A stretch of DNA of 64,000 nt from an uncultured bacterium (GTDB lineage Bacteria > Fermentibacterota > Fermentibacteria > Fermentibacterales > Fermentibacteraceae): assembly GCA_964569245.1 (NCBI GenBank), contig CAZMTK010000004.1, forward strand, positions 8,382 to 72,381, given 5' to 3'. Below the pieces are notes generated by a model. That model saw nothing but the letters and a program-made list of their open reading frames with translations. It had not been told where the DNA came from and ran no database searches. Each line of letters starts with the position of its first letter. Within the stretch, counting starts at the first letter, position 1. The translations under genes and the position numbers were made by a program. This document shows positions 61,664-64,000 of the stretch, one piece after another.

Positions 61664-62608
61664 ATGGACTGGTCGTCGCTTCCGAGGGAGAAGGCGCGCT
61701 GCATGCTCTGCGGCGCGGACGACCCCGTGATACTCTCGGTCGTGCGGTCCTGGCCGGTGGCTCGATGCCCGGTATGCGGGCTGGCGTATCTCTCGGAGCG
61801 CCCTTCCGAAGAGGCCGTCAACGAGGTCTACGGGCGTTCCTACTACGAGGACGGCGATGTCGGCTACAAGGGCTACATGGAGACGTGGAACCGCTTCAGT
61901 AGCGTCTTCGAACGGATCTACAGCCGCAGGGAGCGTGATCTGGCGGCACACTGCAGAGGCAGGCGGGTGCTGGAGGTCGGCTGCGCCTTCGGCACGCTCC
62001 TCGCGTTCCTCAGGTCGAGGGGCTGGGAGGTCGAGGGCCTGGAGATAAGCCCCCTGAGCGCCCGGGCGGCGAGGAGCGAGTTCGGGCTGACCGTTCACGA
62101 GGGTACGCTCGAAGGAGCGGGCCTGCAGTCCGGCGCCTACGATGCCGTTCTCATGCTGGACGTGCTGGAGCATCTCCACAGGCCTTTCGGCACGCTGCGG
62201 GAGGCGGCGAGGGTGCTGGCGCCCGGAGGCGTTCTGGTTGTCCAGTGTCCGTGGGAGCTGACGCACTGGGAGGAGGCGGCACTCGCGGTTCTCACCGGCA
62301 GGAGGGCAGGCAGGATCGAGCCGGATGCGGTGCCGGCGCACCTGTACTTCTTCACGCCGAGGACCCTGGACGCCGTGCTCGAGAAGGGGGGCTTCTCGAT
62401 AACCGCCAGACAGTCGGGCAACTACGGAGAGATACGCCGGAGGCTGTTTCCGCAGCCGGTCCTGCGTGGCTCGCCCCTGGAGACCGTCTTCAGGCTGGTC
62501 TATTTCAGGCTGGGCCTCAGGGTGCTGATGTACCGTGCCGCCCGCATCGCAGGACTGGGCAACGGCCTCATCAGGTACGCGGAGCCGTCGAGAACTGGCG
62601 CATCCTGA
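61664..62608 (+). CDS. SAM-dependent methyltransferase with an N-terminal Cys4 zinc ribbon
   Basis: CMLCGADD ... CPVCG zinc ribbon followed by motif I (VLEVGCAFG). Start ATG at 61664 (or alternatively 61703). Confidence 0.65.
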   Translation: MDWSSLPREKARCMLCGADDPVILSVVRSWPVARCPVCGLAYLSERPSEEAVNEVYGRSYYEDGDVGYKGYMETWNRFSSVFERIYSRRERDLAAHCRGRRVLEVGCAFGTLLAFLRSRGWEVEGLEISPLSARAARSEFGLTVHEGTLEGAGLQSGAYDAVLMLDVLEHLHRPFGTLREAARVLAPGGVLVVQCPWELTHWEEAALAVLTGRRAGRIEPDAVPAHLYFFTPRTLDAVLEKGGFSITARQSGNYGEIRRRLFPQPVLRGSPLETVFRLVYFRLGLRVLMYRAARIAGLGNGLIRYAEPSRTGAS

Positions 62609-63509
62609 CGGAGCACTGATCTGGCGGGGAGCGGACCCGGCGGAGGGGCCCGACCTGCCTCTGGCGGGGAGTCTCCTGGGAGCCCTCCTGGAATGGCTCG
62701 GCTCGTCCGGCATCGAGCGCGTGACTGTCGCATCCGGGCATCCAGGCGGGGCGGGGCTGCCGGAAGGGGGCTTCACGGCAATGCGGTTCGGGTGCTTCGG
62801 GGAGGCTCTCGTCGCGGCCTTCGAGGGTCTGGACGGAGATCTGATGGTCCTCCACGGGAACAGGCTGCAGTGGCACCCGATGCATGCGGTCCCTTCCGTC
62901 CCTGCGGGAGCGGCAGGCGTCGTGCTGCTCTGCACCGACCGATTCGATCCATCCCCGCTTCGCATGACCACGACCCCGGAGGGGATGATCGAGAGGGCGG
63001 GCGACAGGGAGGCGACGACGACGACGAACCTTGCCGACTCGGGAGCGTGGCTCGTCACCCGCCGTATCGCCGATTCCTGCGGAGACGCCCGCGATCCCCG
63101 AGAAGCGCTGTTGCTCGCGGTGGAATCCGGTGCAGGCGTTGCAGGCGAGCTCGCTCCCGGCTATGCGAGAAGCCTCGAAGCCTGGCCGGGATACCTGGTG
63201 GCGTGCCACGACCTCCTGTCCGGCAGCGTTCCCGGGCTGTTCAGGGAACGCCGCCCGGCCGGAGGCGTGCTCGTCGAGGAAGGCGCTTCTGTCGGCAGAG
63301 GAACGGTGCTGAGGGGCACCGCATGGCTGCGCACAGGATCTGAGACTGGCGGAGACTGTCTGCTCGAGAACTGCGTCCTCATGCCGGGCTCCCGGGTGGG
63401 CGACGGGTGCAGGCTCAGGAACACCCTGGTAGGATCCGGCGCAAGCGTTCCCCCCGGAACCGACGCCTTCGACAAGTACCTGAAGATCCGCGAAAGGAGC
63501 GGACCATGA
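62535..63509 (+). CDS. Sugar-phosphate nucleotidyltransferase-like protein with a C-terminal left-handed beta-helix (HddC/GMPP-like); start uncertain
   Basis: The C-terminal hexapeptide-repeat region (VGRGTVLRGTAWLRTGSETGGDCLLENCVLMPGSRVGDGCRLRNTLVGSGASV) follows an NTP-transferase-like core, but the N-terminal G-loop is not canonical. The track start overlaps the upstream gene by 74 nt, so the true start may lie after 62608. Confidence 0.45.
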   Translation: MPPASQDWATASSGTRSRRELAHPDGALIWRGADPAEGPDLPLAGSLLGALLEWLGSSGIERVTVASGHPGGAGLPEGGFTAMRFGCFGEALVAAFEGLDGDLMVLHGNRLQWHPMHAVPSVPAGAAGVVLLCTDRFDPSPLRMTTTPEGMIERAGDREATTTTNLADSGAWLVTRRIADSCGDARDPREALLLAVESGAGVAGELAPGYARSLEAWPGYLVACHDLLSGSVPGLFRERRPAGGVLVEEGASVGRGTVLRGTAWLRTGSETGGDCLLENCVLMPGSRVGDGCRLRNTLVGSGASVPPGTDAFDKYLKIRERSGP

Positions 63510-64000
63510 TCGAAAGGATAAGGACCTACCTCGACCAGGTCGGCGACCTGGTGCTCAGGATCCCTCCGGAGGAGATCGAGAGGGTCACGTCTATCCTGAT
63601 AAGGGCCTACGAGGAGGGAAGGAGGGTTTTCGTCTTCGGAAACGGCGGCGGCTCGGCGACTTCGGCGCACTTCGTCTGCGACCTCGCGAAGGGCACCGCC
63701 GCGGCCGGAGGCAGGAGGTTCAAGGCCATGAGCCTTGCCACGAACGTCCCGCTCCTCACGGCATGGGCGAACGACACTGACTACACCAACACCTTCGGCG
63801 AGCAGCTCCGGAACTTCGTGGAGCCCGGCGACGTAGTGATAGGCCTCTCAGGCAGCGGGATGAGCCTCAACGTGATAAACGCCTTCCGGCTGGCCAACGA
63901 GGCTGGGGCGGTAACGGTGCTGTTCTCGGGATTCGACGGCGGAGAGGCCGCAAAGGTGGCCCGAGAAGCGATAGTAGTTCCCAGCAACGACATGCAGCAG
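63506..64000 (+). CDS. gmhA: Phosphoheptose isomerase (SIS domain), partial at window end
   Basis: MIERIRTYLDQV ... VFVFGNGGGSATSAHFVCDL ... VVIGLSGSGMS is a strong GmhA match. RBS AAAGGAG. Confidence 0.8.
   Translation, partial: MIERIRTYLDQVGDLVLRIPPEEIERVTSILIRAYEEGRRVFVFGNGGGSATSAHFVCDLAKGTAAAGGRRFKAMSLATNVPLLTAWANDTDYTNTFGEQLRNFVEPGDVVIGLSGSGMSLNVINAFRLANEAGAVTVLFSGFDGGEAAKVAREAIVVPSNDMQQ

Overview
This is a high-GC (about two-thirds G+C), gene-dense contig, with most genes on the minus strand and frequent 4-bp ATGA/GTGA start-stop overlaps. Several features point to an FCB-superphylum-like bacterium: an LpxC-FabZ fusion, a short Bacteroidetes-type RpoD, a DUF5683-like gene, and a C25 peptidase carrying a type IX secretion (T9SS) C-terminal sorting domain.

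Main content, left to right:
- (i) An aminosugar and lipid-carrier glycosylation module: a DegT-family aminotransferase, a WecD-like acetyltransferase, an ArnC-like GT2, an ArnT/PMT-like GT-C glycosyltransferase, and a GDSL hydrolase.
- (ii) A minus-strand type IV pilus array: two tandem pilin paralogs (one with a near-consensus sigma-54 promoter), a polytopic membrane protein, PilR, PilS, PilC, PilT, PilB, a second GspE-family ATPase with an MshEN-type c-di-GMP-binding N-terminus, and a 1,870-aa SprA-like outer-membrane giant immediately upstream. No secretin, pilMNOP or prepilin peptidase lies in the window.
- (iii) Housekeeping and envelope genes: lptFG, serC, ligA, a GH57 enzyme, an ECF sigma/anti-sigma pair, bamA-skp-lpxD-lpxC/fabZ-lpxA, clpC, lolDCE, lysS, prfB with the classical +1 programmed frameshift, an SHMT-like gene, rpsD, a tricorn protease operon, rpoD, and heptose-pathway genes (gmhA plus a nucleotidyltransferase).
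- (iv) A solitary IS200/RayT-like tyrosine transposase-like gene with a degenerate HUH motif, and GC-rich palindromes with TCTC loops in convergent intergenic regions.

No rRNA, tRNA or CRISPR array was recognised. Many long opposite-strand ORFs in the track are judged to be GC-driven shadow ORFs.
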